64,000 bases of DNA from Tubulanus polymorphus (lineage: Eukaryota > Animalia > Nemertea), in contig NC_134031.1 in NCBI RefSeq assembly GCF_964204645.1, positions 4,650,001 through 4,714,000 on the forward strand, in the 5' to 3' direction. Under the pieces are notes generated by a model. It was not told where the DNA came from. It searched no databases and saw nothing but the letters and a program-made list of their open reading frames with translations. A program made the translations under genes and the position numbers. Shown here in pieces: positions 50,750 to 63,419 of this stretch; position 1 is the stretch's first letter, and the number at the start of each line of letters is the position of its first letter.

Positions 50750-52290
50750 CTGGAAAATACGACGAAATACGCGAAACATTAAACTAAGCATTGACAGCTT
50801 GAAATTCTTAATCGTATTATTACCGGTATTTTTTGAGGAATCGTCTCAAGCCGGTCATAAAATCGGCCTTTAATAAACCTACCCCAAAAGCGAGATAACA
50901 ATATTGGGGAGACATCAAATGGTTCGAATCGACAGAGCAACGCGCTCAGAGGTGAAATAAAAATATCTCCCCTTCAAAGAACATTAAACTGTAACATAAC
51001 TACGCGGCTAGGTATCGTAGAGGCGTTATAATCGTCATAATCTTCCAAGTTTCCGGATTAAAGAGAAAATAATTAACTGCATGTAATAGGGGCATAATCT
51101 ATACTCAGCCGACCGTGAAGCGAGGTAGTCTACAAACATATAAAACACGAAAATATAACCTATCTTTCTTAAAGATTAGATAGACGTGGCCTAGATTTAG
51201 GGAAATACCTTGACTATTTGTGGCAATTGAAAAAAAATTCAGTAGCTAACATATATACATGAAAAGGTACAATCATTAGTCTATCAAATATAAGTCCCAC
51301 AATCACAGGTTCAAAAAAGATTTTAAAACATCAAAACTACAAAAATTAATTAAAACCTCGTATTTCATTCGTCTCTCGCGATTTATTGCGTAGTTTTAAT
51401 ACATTAGTCCTATCAGTTTGCATTACTTTAGAAATGAGATCTACAAATCCTATTTCAAAGCGATAAGTACTGTTGTTCATAGGTCATTTAGTACCGTAAA
51501 TGCAATAGTTGATTCAAAAATTTGAATTCAATTAGGACGCGCATTTTCAAGTGATCGATCAATCTACTGAATGATTCGGTTTGTCAGTCTACTGGAGAGG
51601 ACGGTGGGGGGATGGTGATACATAAGTAGGCACATTAAAGATGTTGTTGGACCGCGTGGTACGTACATACACAGCAGAGACCCAGAAATCACAAGAGTAC
51701 GAGTAAAACACATTACTACACGAGAACGCTCTTCGTTTCTTGTTGCTCAAAGGAAAACGAGTTTATACAAGATTCAAATAAAAAGATCCGTTTATAACCA
51801 CTTTCAAACTGTAGCAAAGTTCATTGACTGACATGTTAATAACACGTTCCTGTTACAAATATTCTGAAAGAACTTTCTAAAACAAGAGCGCCAGGGATTC
51901 GTGTTGAGTCACTTCTGACTTTTTTTATTACATAGCTCATAATCCGTAGTCTGACGATAATTTTCATACTTTCACGTCGATCGGAATTCATTCCGACAAA
52001 TTAGTTAGTTACTTCTCGGCCGTATTCCTATGAAAGAATGACTAATTCGCAGTAATATTGGGACACTGCTGAGTTCCAGTCACTACAGCAGGTCTTCACT
52101 GGCCCACGAACTGTATAAAAGCCCAATCAATGTCAGACATGGCAGTATCTTTGAACCTGTGGAGCAGTGAACAGCTTCAACAGTTGGAACTGGAATTTCC
52201 CCTATTATCCGAGTCAGTTAACCAATTTGGATTCTCCTTTTTGTAGGAATCATCCCCCTTATCATTTGATTGGTAAACTCGATTAGATTT

Positions 52291-52555
52291 GGTGTCCCTT
52301 ACAAACCCATAACACCTGTCGGGAGCGAAATAGGGGGGTTTGATTTTGAAATCAGAAAATCGAAGTACGGATATGGCTAAATGGCTAGTTGAACGTACAG
52401 CAACAGATCTTCACTGTTTTCTTTTTAATCTTAACATAGGTAGTGATCCTGTTATTTATCTTATTGGTAGATTTCGTTTGATTTGTTCCGACTCGGTGTC
52501 CCTTACAGACCCACCACACCTGAGGGTTCGATTTTGAAATCAGAAATCGAAGTAC
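52291..52555 (+). repeat. Two local copies of the dispersed ~70-bp repeat
   Basis: GGTGTCCCTTACA.ACCC...GATTTTGAAATCAGAAA(A)TCGAAGTAC twice, ~205 bp apart. Confidence 0.85.
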
Positions 52556-54468
52556 AGAATGTGTGATCGGCGGTCCAATACAGCAATTTTGTTTAAATCT
52601 AAGTACATAATTGGAAATTTCTGTTCCATCAGCTTGAACTTGCAAGCGACTGATTGGGGTTGCTGCTGCCAAATTTAATATACTGAGATTTTGTAAGTAA
52701 CTGTACTACAAGATATTTACTGTTAGCACGTTTACTGTTATAGATATTTACTGTTAGTTTGATGACTTCATTTTCTAAGGGGTCGTCATAAATTAAGGAA
52801 TTTCGGTGCAAATCGATTGTATTTTAATAATGGTTCTTACAACGGAATCGTAAACAACTCGCGCCGATTGTTGTGCAATTAATATTTTTTAAGCGCTTGA
52901 ATAAACCCTGCGACTGTTAAATCTCATGGATCAAGTCGTCAAGTACGTGTATACACCCGACGAAAAACGTTAAATTCATCTCAATATTTACGTCTTCGCA
53001 TCTGAAATCTGTTTTCAAATGAGTTTGAAAATTAGTGCACAGCATGACAAAACCGCACCAGGGTGCGCAGCACTGATCGACATCTCCTGGTGCACAGAGA
53101 CCCGGGCTGCAAACCTCTGAAAAGTGCTATCAGCAACAAATTGAATTTTTTTCATTAACATTTCAGTGAAATATGAAAGAAAATGTTGAAATCAATCAGT
53201 AATAAACAGTAAGACCCTCAGTAACATCTTTCACATTACTGTACGCATCGAACAAATCAAATCAGTATTTTTCGCGACCAAAGGAACAAAATACTGAAAA
53301 TCAGGAGCAGTTGGCAGCTCCGCAAACTAGAAGACCACAATAGGCCACGATTAAAGAAGATTTTTGGACTTGAATTATGACTGCACAACTGGGTATGAGT
53401 TCAACAAAATATACGAATGAAATGACCTACTCGGAGATGCGAAAAGAGCATTTTTTCGCCAAAAAACCTAAGCTTCATATTCAAATAAACGTTTTTATCT
53501 AATCGAATAACAGCGGACAAAATGCGTCGCGTGAAATGAACTGCGTTTTTGTCGATTCTTGCGAAAAAATGACGACGTCTGCGATGTATGAGTAGAAGCA
53601 TTCTACGCGTCGGGAGTTATTATACATCGCACAAAAGCGCCGAGATCGTTGTATTTGTGAATCGGACCATTAATCGCAATGGTTAATAGTGCCATTGCGT
53701 AAACTCAGGAGTCGTGTATTGCTTTCAAAGTAACACAATATTCGCTTCTCAATTTGCTTCACAGCGGGGAAACATCGCGCTACCGGCAATAGTAGGCAAT
53801 GAGGTTTGATGTTTGTTCGGCGGTTCCCGAATCATCGTACGAGTAATTCCTCCACCGCGTGTCGCACGATGGCGCGATGCGGAATGAGGCGACGCGAAAA
53901 ACTTTCACATGCAAATCACGAAGATGTCGTCCTACTCGACTGAGACCGTGTCCCGCTCCATTCAAACGCGAAACTGACAATCATTCAAAACATTTTCAGA
54001 TCGATTTTCTAAAAAACGTTTTCAAGTTTGAACACTGTCCCCCCTGTTCACTAGCGATACTTGAACTCTTCTCGCCGAAAAATCCGTCGACTGACTTGAA
54101 TGTACCCACCAATGACTAGCGACTCTATTTTTGTAAGACTGCGTGTACGCGTTTTTTTTATATCATATCAACACGTTGTGCCACAGATGCTGAGAGCGCA
54201 AGCGTGCCTCTACATGCGCGAGTCAGTTCTCTTTCGTCTCAGCGGTTCGACGAGGTGAAGGCTACCTCTCTCTTAGCAGCCGCGATCTAGGATTTTATTC
54301 GATGAAAAAGAAGGTAAGACCCGACGAGTTGACAGTTGACTATCGAGGTTTAGATTCCAAAAGGCGTAGATTTTACACTTGTCCATTCATCTTTAAGTCA
54401 CTGTTGAGATAGAAAAATCATGACTGTGCAACTGAACCTAAAATTGAGATGGAGATCACCAGTGTTTT

Positions 54469-54957
54469 TAAACTAGGCCAAAAACTATCAATCCACATCT
54501 CCCATGACTATTTTTGATACACGGAATTAACATATAACTATATTCTCACGAATGAGATTGGAATCCACAAATCGAATTGAAGTTATTCTACCAATAGAAA
54601 TGACAGACCTTCATCGGCAGACTTTGAACATCAGAACTTTGATTCTAAACTAGGCTATCAATCCATATCTTCCATGACTACTTTTGATATTTGGTATTAA
54701 CATACAACTATATTCTCGTGAACGAGATTGAAATCCATATAAACTAAAAAAGATCCCCGACCTTCATCGGCAGACCTACAGTCAGAACTTTGATTCTAAA
54801 CTAGGCTAACAACTATCAATCCATATCTTACACGACCAGTTTTGATATTCCATATTAACATACAACACTGTTCTCATGGATTGAATGAAAAGATTGAAAT
54901 CTGATAAACCCGAAAAGTTTTTCTCCCGATAAAAATCACAGACCTTCATCGGCAGAC
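54469..54957. repeat. Tandem array of three ~150-180-bp units
   Basis: Each unit reads TAAACTAGGC...CTATCAATCCA.ATCT...TTTGATA...ATTAACATA.AAC...AGATTG.AATC...GACCTTCATCGGCAGAC. Confidence 0.92.
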
Positions 54958-56213
54958 GAAGTCTGACATCGTTTTTTTCCCCGCTGCTAATTGACTAGCC
55001 AATGACGATTATGACGTATCGTGGAAGTTTATGGGAAAGTTGTGTAAACCGTCGCTCGTAAAGTTCACCAATTACTGACGAAAGAAATGAGTTTCGATAA
55101 TTGTGCCGAGCACGGAACGGATTGTGAATGAAAGGAAATGGGCCCTCAGAAAATACCACCGGGTTCATATCATCGAGAGCACTTATAACTGAAGCCTATA
55201 GAGTTTATAATAGGACCGCGTGTGAGCAATATTGTAACGTCTCAAACTAGTGGGGCGGATCTATGATTTTTTGAAGGGATGGACCTGGAAATTTGAATGG
55301 ACACTTCATTTGAAAAAGGCCGATTTGGCAATGCGAGGGCTGGCGGCAAGCTCAAACATCGGTGGGGGTCCTGTGGCCCTACCACAGAAAACTAGGACAA
55401 AAATCTAGGCCCATTTCAAGGCCAATTTGGTTTCATTTCTCGCCTTTTTAAAATTTCTATTCCCAAAAAAAAGTTTGGAGGGCGCATTCGAATTTTGGAG
55501 GGTTTGGTGGACCAGTCTACCCCTAAATCCGCCCTTTCTATCCTTGCAGAAAAGGAAAAAAGAGGTTCAAAAATTGACAGGAATCGTAAAAAATAGGAAC
55601 AAAAATTGACAGGAATCGTGACATCGTCGGATAAATATTTTCGCCTACCCTACTGGGAATATTTGTTTTATTTGAGTGGGTCTGTTAAATTGGTTCTCTT
55701 AAAACAGATGCGGCCGGTTTCGAATAACAAAACGGATTATCAGCTTTTTTTCTTCTCACTCGCGGAAAAACGTCGGTCATTACAGAGCAGTTAAACGGCT
55801 GAAGAAATCTGAGAGAGTATGATTTATCGTTAATGATAACCGACCTCTTCACAGAAATCTAAGACTGCAAATAATCATAATTATGTTATCAATTTTTTAT
55901 GGTTGATTACTGGTAAAAGTACGGATCGAATTAGCTAGATCAGAAAAGTGTGGTTTCATTGAAATTCTAGGGAGGTATCTACTGTTGGTGTCTGGTAAAG
56001 CAATATGACCACACATTTATTTAGAAGGAAAACCGCAACAAGAGTTTTTTCTCTACGCAATTTAAGTTAACCACTAAAATGAACAACCTGCCATATTTTG
56101 TCATATTTCCGCCCAGAAAACCGGAAATTAACATTAAGGACCACCCAAAAATAGAATGAGTAAGGCTAAAGTTAAGGATTAGGAAAGCGTAGATGGCTTT
56201 GGTTAGTCTCCTT

Positions 56214-56318
56214 GGCCTGGTTTTATAGACTGGTATTATCTTTAACCCGGGGGGCTAACTTTATTTAGAATTGAGTTAGCCCCCAGGATAAAGACAATAC
56301 CGGTCTATAAAACTGGGC
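56214..56318. mobile_element. Palindromic MITE family C
   Basis: GGTTTTATAGACTGGTATT...GGGGGCTAACT / AGTTAGCCCCC...AATACCGGTCTATAAAACT. Confidence 0.85.
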
Positions 56319-56553
56319 AAATTGCAACCTAAGACATCACAGCTATCAGATCTATGACTGATGCAAATTATGTATTTTTTCTATTTTTCAATACTTACTA
56401 TGGAATTTCCACTATTGAATTGTTACCTAGATACTTGTGAGTTGAGAAGCCTGAATAAAGTCAACTTAAAACAGATAATCTGGATTCGAAACGTTAAAGG
56501 CAGATTGTTTTGGGTTAATCTCCTAAACAACAAATTTCAACTTATGAAGTCTG

Positions 56554-56830
56554 GGTGTCCGGTTCCATAATTATGGCTTACACTTAACACCAGTCTAATA
56601 TGATCTCAGTACTAAAGCCAATCTAACAACATAAAGACTCAAGATTCAAGACCACTTTTAGACTTAAGCCTTGGCTAAGGTACCGTCCCCTGGGGCAAGT
56701 TCCATAGTCGAGACTTAAAACCAAAAGTGGTCTTAAACCTTAAGTCTGGTGTTAAGTTGTTAGATTGGCTATAGAACTAAGTTTGTCTTAGACCTGTCTT
56801 AAGTCTATGCCCTGACTAAGGAACCGGCCC
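56554..56830. mobile_element. Two adjacent, oppositely oriented MITE family A copies
   Basis: Arrangement CTG-[56554-56689]-CTG-[56693-56830]-CTG; the second copy is the reverse complement of the 40739 type. Confidence 0.88.
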
Positions 56831-57275
56831 CTGGGCCCTATCAGATCTTAAACTGATACAAATTGGGTATCTTAATTTCAATTTCCAATACTGATTTTGT
56901 CGATTCCACTATCAAATCTCAACCCGGATATACAAGCGCTGTAGTATAGGCTCGCTAAAACTGAATGAAGGTGACGTTAACGAGGAAATCTTCAAACATC
57001 TACTCACAGAATGATACCACGAATATGAGTTATTGTGTTGTTTTACGATGTTTTTACTATGAGTGATGTTATGTCTAATAAGTTCGCTATTAGTAAACAC
57101 CGAATATAAACCTGCTCTAATATAACGCAGCTGTACACATGAAAAGAACGCTTAAAATAACACTTTTTCCGACGCGGCCCAAAAAATTTTCAGTTTCCAT
57201 TTTGTTCGGTCCATAAAACCGCGAACCACGTACGAATCATTAATCATTATCGGTCAGGTTTTCTAAAAAGCTTAC

Positions 57276-57296
57276 CGCACGATACTTATCCAGCAT
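57276..57296 (-). CDS. Candidate alternative first exon (MLDKYRA) of a BAR-less ACAP isoform
   Basis: atcATG CTG GAT AAG TAT CGT GCG|gtaagc; phase 0 matches the 50749 acceptor. Confidence 0.4.
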
Positions 57297-57706
57297 GATT
57301 AAAACGCGCGCAACATCGTAATTCGCGTTAACATTCTACGTTATCCAGCTCTAAAAATGTCTTATATTCTGCATAAGAATACGAGAGATCATCGAGTATA
57401 AGTTTTCAATAGTCAATGCCCTGTATAATACATACACATGTATACCGACGACGCGCTTACAAATAACCTGCCCCGAGATATTTATATAGGAATATTTTGT
57501 TAAGAATATCCACAGTCTATCCACACGTTACCAAACACGGAAATAAACTTTGTAGACGAGAGTCAAAAATATCAAATACGCACAATCGCGGATGCAGGGG
57601 TGCTTTGGGTGTCTAGAGCACATCCCCCACCCCCCATTTTGGAAAATTTCCTTCATACTATTCATTTTCAGCTATTCAGCGCTACTTTATAATATATATA
57701 ATTATA

Positions 57707-57721
57707 TTATTCTAATTTCAA

Positions 57722-57768
<47 letters not shown>

Positions 57769-57786
57769 TAATTGAAATTAGAATAA
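57707..57786. repeat. AT-rich palindrome: 21-bp perfect arms around a (TA)n microsatellite
   Basis: TTATTCTAATTTCAATTAATT-(AT)n-AG-AATTAATTGAAATTAGAATAA. Confidence 0.93.
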
Positions 57787-58510
57787 GACTAATTTTAAAA
57801 ACTTCTTGAGGATGACCAGCAGAGCAAAACACTAGATCCACCCCTGGCATAGTAACAACGCACTACAAATCTCGCTTTTGCCGACTAAAAATATATTGAA
57901 CACCGAGGTATTTTCAAATATTTCGTTCGACCATGAAAAAATAGGAATTAAAAATAGAGTAATAAAGTTTTTTAAATCGAAAATGTCAGCGCCTTCGCGC
58001 CGGAAATAGATCTAAACACCCCTTCAGCAGCGTACGATCATTAAATCATTTCGTTGCCCCCATTTTTATCGGGAAGTTTCGTTTTTCATCATCGGAGAAT
58101 GCTACTTGAGAGTGGGCGAAGAGGTGATTAGCGCTTTTAACCACCACCTCATATACGTGGCTACCTGTATTAACCTCGTTCTTTTTTTCCTTCGAAAAAA
58201 TAAAGTACACCCGGGGAAAAAAATGCAAGCAAAAATCTAAGACAAAAACGTCATCGACTCAAACTGCGAGGATAGAAAAATACGTCCTGTTTTAGAAATA
58301 GCGCTCCGACCGCATAGTTACCGTATCTGTATCATTGGAAGCTCTTGCGTATTGTTGATAAAAGTTTCGTTCGAAATGTACTCGTTAAACCGCCGGAAAC
58401 TCTCAGCGGCCCTGGCCACCGCCGGCCATAATTTCAAGTACCAACTATATTATACGACTTTGACCGGAGAGCAACCCTTAAATCATAAACCTATACTATA
58501 AACAACATCG

Positions 58511-58812
58511 ATGTAAAATCCCATAATTGTTGCAAGACTAAACAGTTTATTTAAATCACTAGAAATATTTCGGGTGGTTACCTGTCTAAAATTCAGGAGC
58601 CAGTAGCTTGAAAGTTGGTTAGACTTAACCAGTGGATAGTTGACATAGTGACAATTAAAAGTTCAATGTCACTATAGTATTTATCTGCTGGTTACCTTTA
58701 ACCAACTTTTAGCATTCGGCCCCTGGTAGTAAGCGGGTAGTAACCACCCTAAATATTTCTAGTATTTCAAATTAACTTTTTAGTCTTTTACAACAATTGC
58801 GGGATTTTACAT
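58511..58812. mobile_element. Foldback element with ~70-bp inverted arms containing a nested MITE (58597-58722)
   Basis: ATGTAAAATCCC...CTAGAAATATTT.GGGTGGTTAC versus GTAACCACCC.AAATATTTCTAG...GGGATTTTACAT; inner element CAG-GAGCCAGTAGC...TCGGCCC-CTG. Confidence 0.85.
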
Positions 58813-60809
58813 GACTTAGTATCGTTTCATTACGGATTTTTTTAATCTTCCTGATTCATCAATATACATAGTCCTGACGAATAGAGCAAAATGGAAAAAA
58901 GATATCTAGCATTTTTATCAATGGCTGCTGCGTGGAGTTTGGAATAATTTTTTTCCAATTATCGAAGGTATCAGAGTTTGCATACTGAGTTGCAATACAA
59001 ATGGAACAGTTCGATTCTTAGCGAGGGCTGCGACCTGCTGTCTAAAATGATACATTTGATGAGACCGAAACTATTTCAAGTGCCTCCTCAACAAAACGAA
59101 CGAGAAAAACTGCTTTGTTAACTGCTCGTTATTATCTGTCAAAAACTGAGCAAAAACTGAACACAGCATGATCGATGCTTTTCCACGAAATAGATATAAC
59201 CCAGTGAGTTTGACATAGAAACTGTTATAATGAAATATTTTTAGAGTATAGAAGTTCTAGAAACCTAGTCCTACAAGAACAGCCGTGTATTAGACATCTA
59301 CACAGATAGCATGAGACATACCGGTATCGACTCTAATACCCAACCGGATTAAACAATGAAGAGATATAATGGGCGGATTTAGGGGTGGCGGACCGCGTAG
59401 ACTGGTCCATCCCCTTCAAAAAGTCTGGACAAATACTTTTTGCAAAGAAAATTTTAAAAGACGAAATACAAATCCAAATGGGCCCTGATAAGAAAAGCCC
59501 CTTTTTACCTCGAGTTTTAGTGGGACGGCCACCAAAACTCCCGCCAATGTTTCGCACTTGCAGCCCACGCATTGCCAAATCTGCCCTTTCCTAAGTAAAG
59601 CGCCAATTCCAATTTGAATCCGGGATCCACCCTTGGGTATACTGAAGTTATATGAACTTCTGATTAAGAAATATATCACTATGGGTATGGGTATCTATAG
59701 CAGTAGTGCTACGAAAGACACCTCTCTCTCTCTCTCGCACATTGATCCAAGGCAATTCCATATTTACCTCTTCGTCATTCTCCTCATCGGTATCCCAAAT
59801 GAACGGACTGTAACCACGACGACACGTATACGGAGCCAAACATATGAATATTTTCATCATCGTTTTTTTTTTTTGTCGCGACGTTTTTATCGACCTCGAC
59901 CGACGCGATATCGCGCCATGTATTTAGCAGTTACGAAATCAATGCGATTCTCACTCTCGCAGATGCGCGTCGTCGAATTCGCCCGTAAATCTACACCTGC
60001 CCGATATCGTATCATAACAGGGTCGGTCGATGATTCTGAATCCGATTAACCGTAACATCTAATCCATTTGAAGTGTCTTAAAAACGACGGCTAATTCATA
60101 TCAACAACTTCGATTCGAATCTAATCCAAACCAAGCGAAAACACCGGTCAAAGTCGAAGTATACTCATAACGGCGCTAGGCCCCGTAGTAGTAAACTAAA
60201 CGCGCGCGCGCGGTCAGGTCATATCAAACGTACTACTGAGATAAGTTATAAGAAATCCCCACCGACATATATATATACGCAAGAGTTCGATAGATAGATA
60301 GAAACATGGTTGATAATCTTTGGCATTGTTTTCCTATAAACTTTGGCCCGCGATGTACGACTTCTCCAGTTAAACTAATACGAACATTCGTTGCATATTT
60401 TTACATGTATAAATAAAACGAGGATGTACTGTCACAAACGATTGCCGCGATTAAAATCTGATGGCCAGACTTTCGTTATTCGCGTTTCACAAAGTTATCT
60501 CCCCGGTCGGTTTGTTGTATATCGAATAAATAAATTATCCGATGAATCATTTCTAAAACATCAAAGAGCACGAAATGGTTTTCTTTTCAACGAGAGGTGT
60601 TGATCCGATTTTGAAAATAATATACAAAATTTTCAATACATGTATTTTTATAGGCAGACACGTCAAGTTTTCAATTCAGGGACAAAAAAGACAATTTTCA
60701 GGGACATAATTAGGGAAAATGAAGAATTAGAATAATCTTTAGAGGAACTGTAGAAAATTGTTTCAGGAATGGCAATAGTTCTTTCAATAGCATCAAAAAT
60801 CACCTTCAG

Positions 60810-60917
60810 GATCCAGTTCCACAATTGTGAGTTAGAGTTAACTCTGAGTTAATGTTAGTTCCTTTTCAATGAGTTAACTCAGAGTTAAATCTTAACTCGG
60901 AACTGTGGAACTGGACC
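60810..60917. mobile_element. Harbinger-like MITE family B (108 bp) with CAG TSD, nested in a degenerate hAT-like element (~60652-60985)
   Basis: CAG-GATCCAGTTCCAC...GTGGAACTGGACC-CAG; surrounding CAGGGAC repeats and AGGCAGACACGTC / GACTGTCGGCCT ends. Confidence 0.9.
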
Positions 60918-61203
60918 CAGGGTCCCGCCAATCAGGGACAGTTGCGGGAACTTTCCCCGACAATCAGGGACTGTCGGCCTCTCTGTCTAGGGCAGCAATC
61001 GCAGCGATCTAGAACTAGGGAATGGATTTTTTCAACGCGCTGAAGTGCGTCATTTTCTTTGAAAAGTCAATTACTAAAAAAGTACGGCGACATTTCCGAC
61101 GAACTTATAGTTTGTTTTATCGCGATCATTAACCGCTAATTAAACCGTAATCGCAGTGCGATGATATTCGATGATATTTTCTTTTCTCGTGTATATGTTT
61201 CAG

Positions 61204-61468
61204 ATCTGTGACGTACTTTACGTGTGCATGCGCAAGGAATCGAACAACACCAAATATAGAACACTGCCTTATCAACGTTGACGAGTTATCAACTTCTAGA
61301 GGCAATAATCGTATAACATTTCAACAAACGCCGAGGGTTTATCAAGAGGCCATAATAATTAACGCGGGACAGAAGGCTCATTGTTGAAGTTGTTGTGTGG
61401 ATACTTTTATCATTACCGCTTCAGACGTTCGTTCAGATCGGATCAGACCTGCCGACTACTACTACGCG
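61204..61468 (+). other. Probable 5' UTR exon of the LRR gene
   Basis: Pyrimidine-rich acceptor ...atgttttcag| at 61203 and donor GCG|gtaagc at 61468, just upstream of the ATG at 61693. Confidence 0.5.
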
Positions 61469-61692
61469 GTAAGCATTCACCGATCAATCCGGATCATCCG
61501 TTAATCCGGCTTTATATAAGAAGTCGACAACGCACAACGAAACCTAGCTTTATATAAGTTGTCGACAACGCAAAAGAAAATCTAGTTGGCGGGAGTTCAT
61601 CGTAAGCTAGGATCTGAAGCTGTTGGACTTACGCTAATGCTGCCGTTACTTTTGAGATTGCGTTAATTCAATCGCGGTATTTTCGCTGAATC

Positions 61693-63132
61693 ATGTATTA
61701 TTTGCTATTGGCGTTGCTCGCGTTTTCGGCGGCGTCCGTGCCGAACGTCGCCGCCTACACGCACGAATTCAAGGACTACCGCGAATTTCTCAACGATCCC
61801 GAATTCAATTTCATCATGTGCCCGATGAAATGCTTTTGCGACGACGAAAAGGTCTACTGTCGCAACGCGAACTACACGCGTATCCCGCAGGAATTCAGCA
61901 AAGCGATCTCCGAACTGGCTCTGGACGGGAACCGACTACAGACCCTGACGCGCAACAGTCTGGACAGGTACCGGTACCTACGCACGCTGAATCTATACGA
62001 TAACCATCTAGATTACATCGAGCCGGGCACGTTTACGAATTTGAAATATCTGCGATACCTGAATCTAGGGCGTAATCGTTTGGAATACCTGGCTAGCAGT
62101 ATGTTTGACGGGCTGCACAAGCTGCGCACGATCAACCTTCAAGCGAACGGCCTACGCGTCGTTCCCGACGTCGTCAAATCGTTCGCGCGTCTCAACGATC
62201 TGAATCTCGGCGAAAACCGCATCGTCGAATTGCCGAAGGACACTTTCGTCAAAAATCCGAAAATCCGTCTGCTCAACGTGAGTCACAACGCGATCGCGAC
62301 GATGCACCGAGAAGTTCTGAAACCGCTGACGCATTTACGGTACTTTCTCATCAACGATAATCCGTTGGGCGACGCCGGCAGCGAGTTGGACTTGACCGCG
62401 AATCGGCGTCTGTACTTCATCGACATGTCCGATACGATGCTCCGCGCCGTCCCGAAGAATCTGCCGGCGACGCTGTTCGACTTGCGTCTGCCGCGCAATC
62501 TCATCGATTGGATCTACGTCGAAGACTTCAAAAACACGACCGCGTTGGACATTTTGATCTTGAACAACAACGCGATAACACACATCGACGACGCGGCGCT
62601 GGTCAACTCGACGAATCTACGCGAATTGTGGCTGAATCACAATAAACTACAGCGCATGCCGTCATTACCGTCTAGTCTGCGCTCGCTTTACGCCGACTTC
62701 AACGAAATCTACGAAATCCAACGCAAGACGTTCGCGTCGTGTCCGCGTTTGGAGTTCCTATCGATGCAAAAGAACAAGATTCGCGACATCGAAGCAGAGA
62801 GCTTCAAGAACTTGTCGCTGCGATCGGTCGACTTGAGCGCGAATCGAATTCTCGAGTTGAAAACGTTCACGTTCTGCGACCTGAAGAACCTCGAGAAACT
62901 CGACTTGTCGGTGAACCCGCTCGTCAAACTGGACGCGCAGAGCATGCACAACGTCGACAATCTACGCGTGCTTCAAATGGCGCGAACAAACGAGAAATCT
63001 CGACGCGAATTCGACGATGGCGGCTCCGATTTGGACATGTTGGAACGCATGGCCCATCTGACACACCTCGACTTGTTTAACAGTTCCGGAATCGCCAAAA
63101 AATGGATCGCCTCGAGAAAAGTTCTCCGAAAG
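61693..63132 (+). CDS. Extracellular leucine-rich-repeat protein, first coding exon (480 codons; gene probably continues past the window)
   Basis: Signal peptide MYYLLLALLAFSAASVPNVAA; LRRNT cap CPMKCFCDDEKVYCRNANYTRIP; ~15 LxxLxLxxNxL repeats; no LRRCT before the ORF stop; donor AAG|gtaacg at 63132. Confidence 0.93.
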
Positions 63133-63167
63133 GTAACGACACGAGAAATTTCCATCGATCGATTTTA

Positions 63168-63419
63168 GCCCCAATCACAGGGAGGTACCAACCGAAGCCT
63201 GTTTGACCAGGGCCATATTGGCCGGACCAAAAACGTCAGACCAGGCCCAGTCATGGGTCAAATTATAGCATGTGTATTGTAACTGGTTCCCAAAGTGATG
63301 CACTTTGCACTTAGTGGTTTACATGTGAACGTACTCTCTCATTAGTAGGCACGGACAGAATTCGACCTGGTCCCAATCCGTGCTAATTTGGCCCGGGGCA
63401 AATCATCTGTGATCGCGGC
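63168..63419. mobile_element. MITE family F with TTA target-site duplication
   Basis: TTA-GCCCCAATCACAG ... CTGTGATCGCGGC-TTA; a 3-bp TWA TSD is typical of PIF/Harbinger. Confidence 0.85.

Noticed and set aside
52991-53001. Minus-strand micro-exon tttcag|ATGCGAAGAC|gtaaat
   Set aside because: 10 nt; fits ACAP only with an unseen phase-2 upstream exon; unsupported.
54469-54957. CRISPR-like repeat-spacer array
   Set aside because: The intervening sequences are homologous to each other, the context is eukaryotic and there are no cas genes.
59633-60049. 138-aa plus-strand ORF
   Set aside because: TTG start, simple-sequence content, no motif.
63133-63168. ORF-track end of the LRR protein at 63168
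   Set aside because: Read-through into intron: donor at 63132, and the stop overlaps a MITE TSD; no LRRCT yet.
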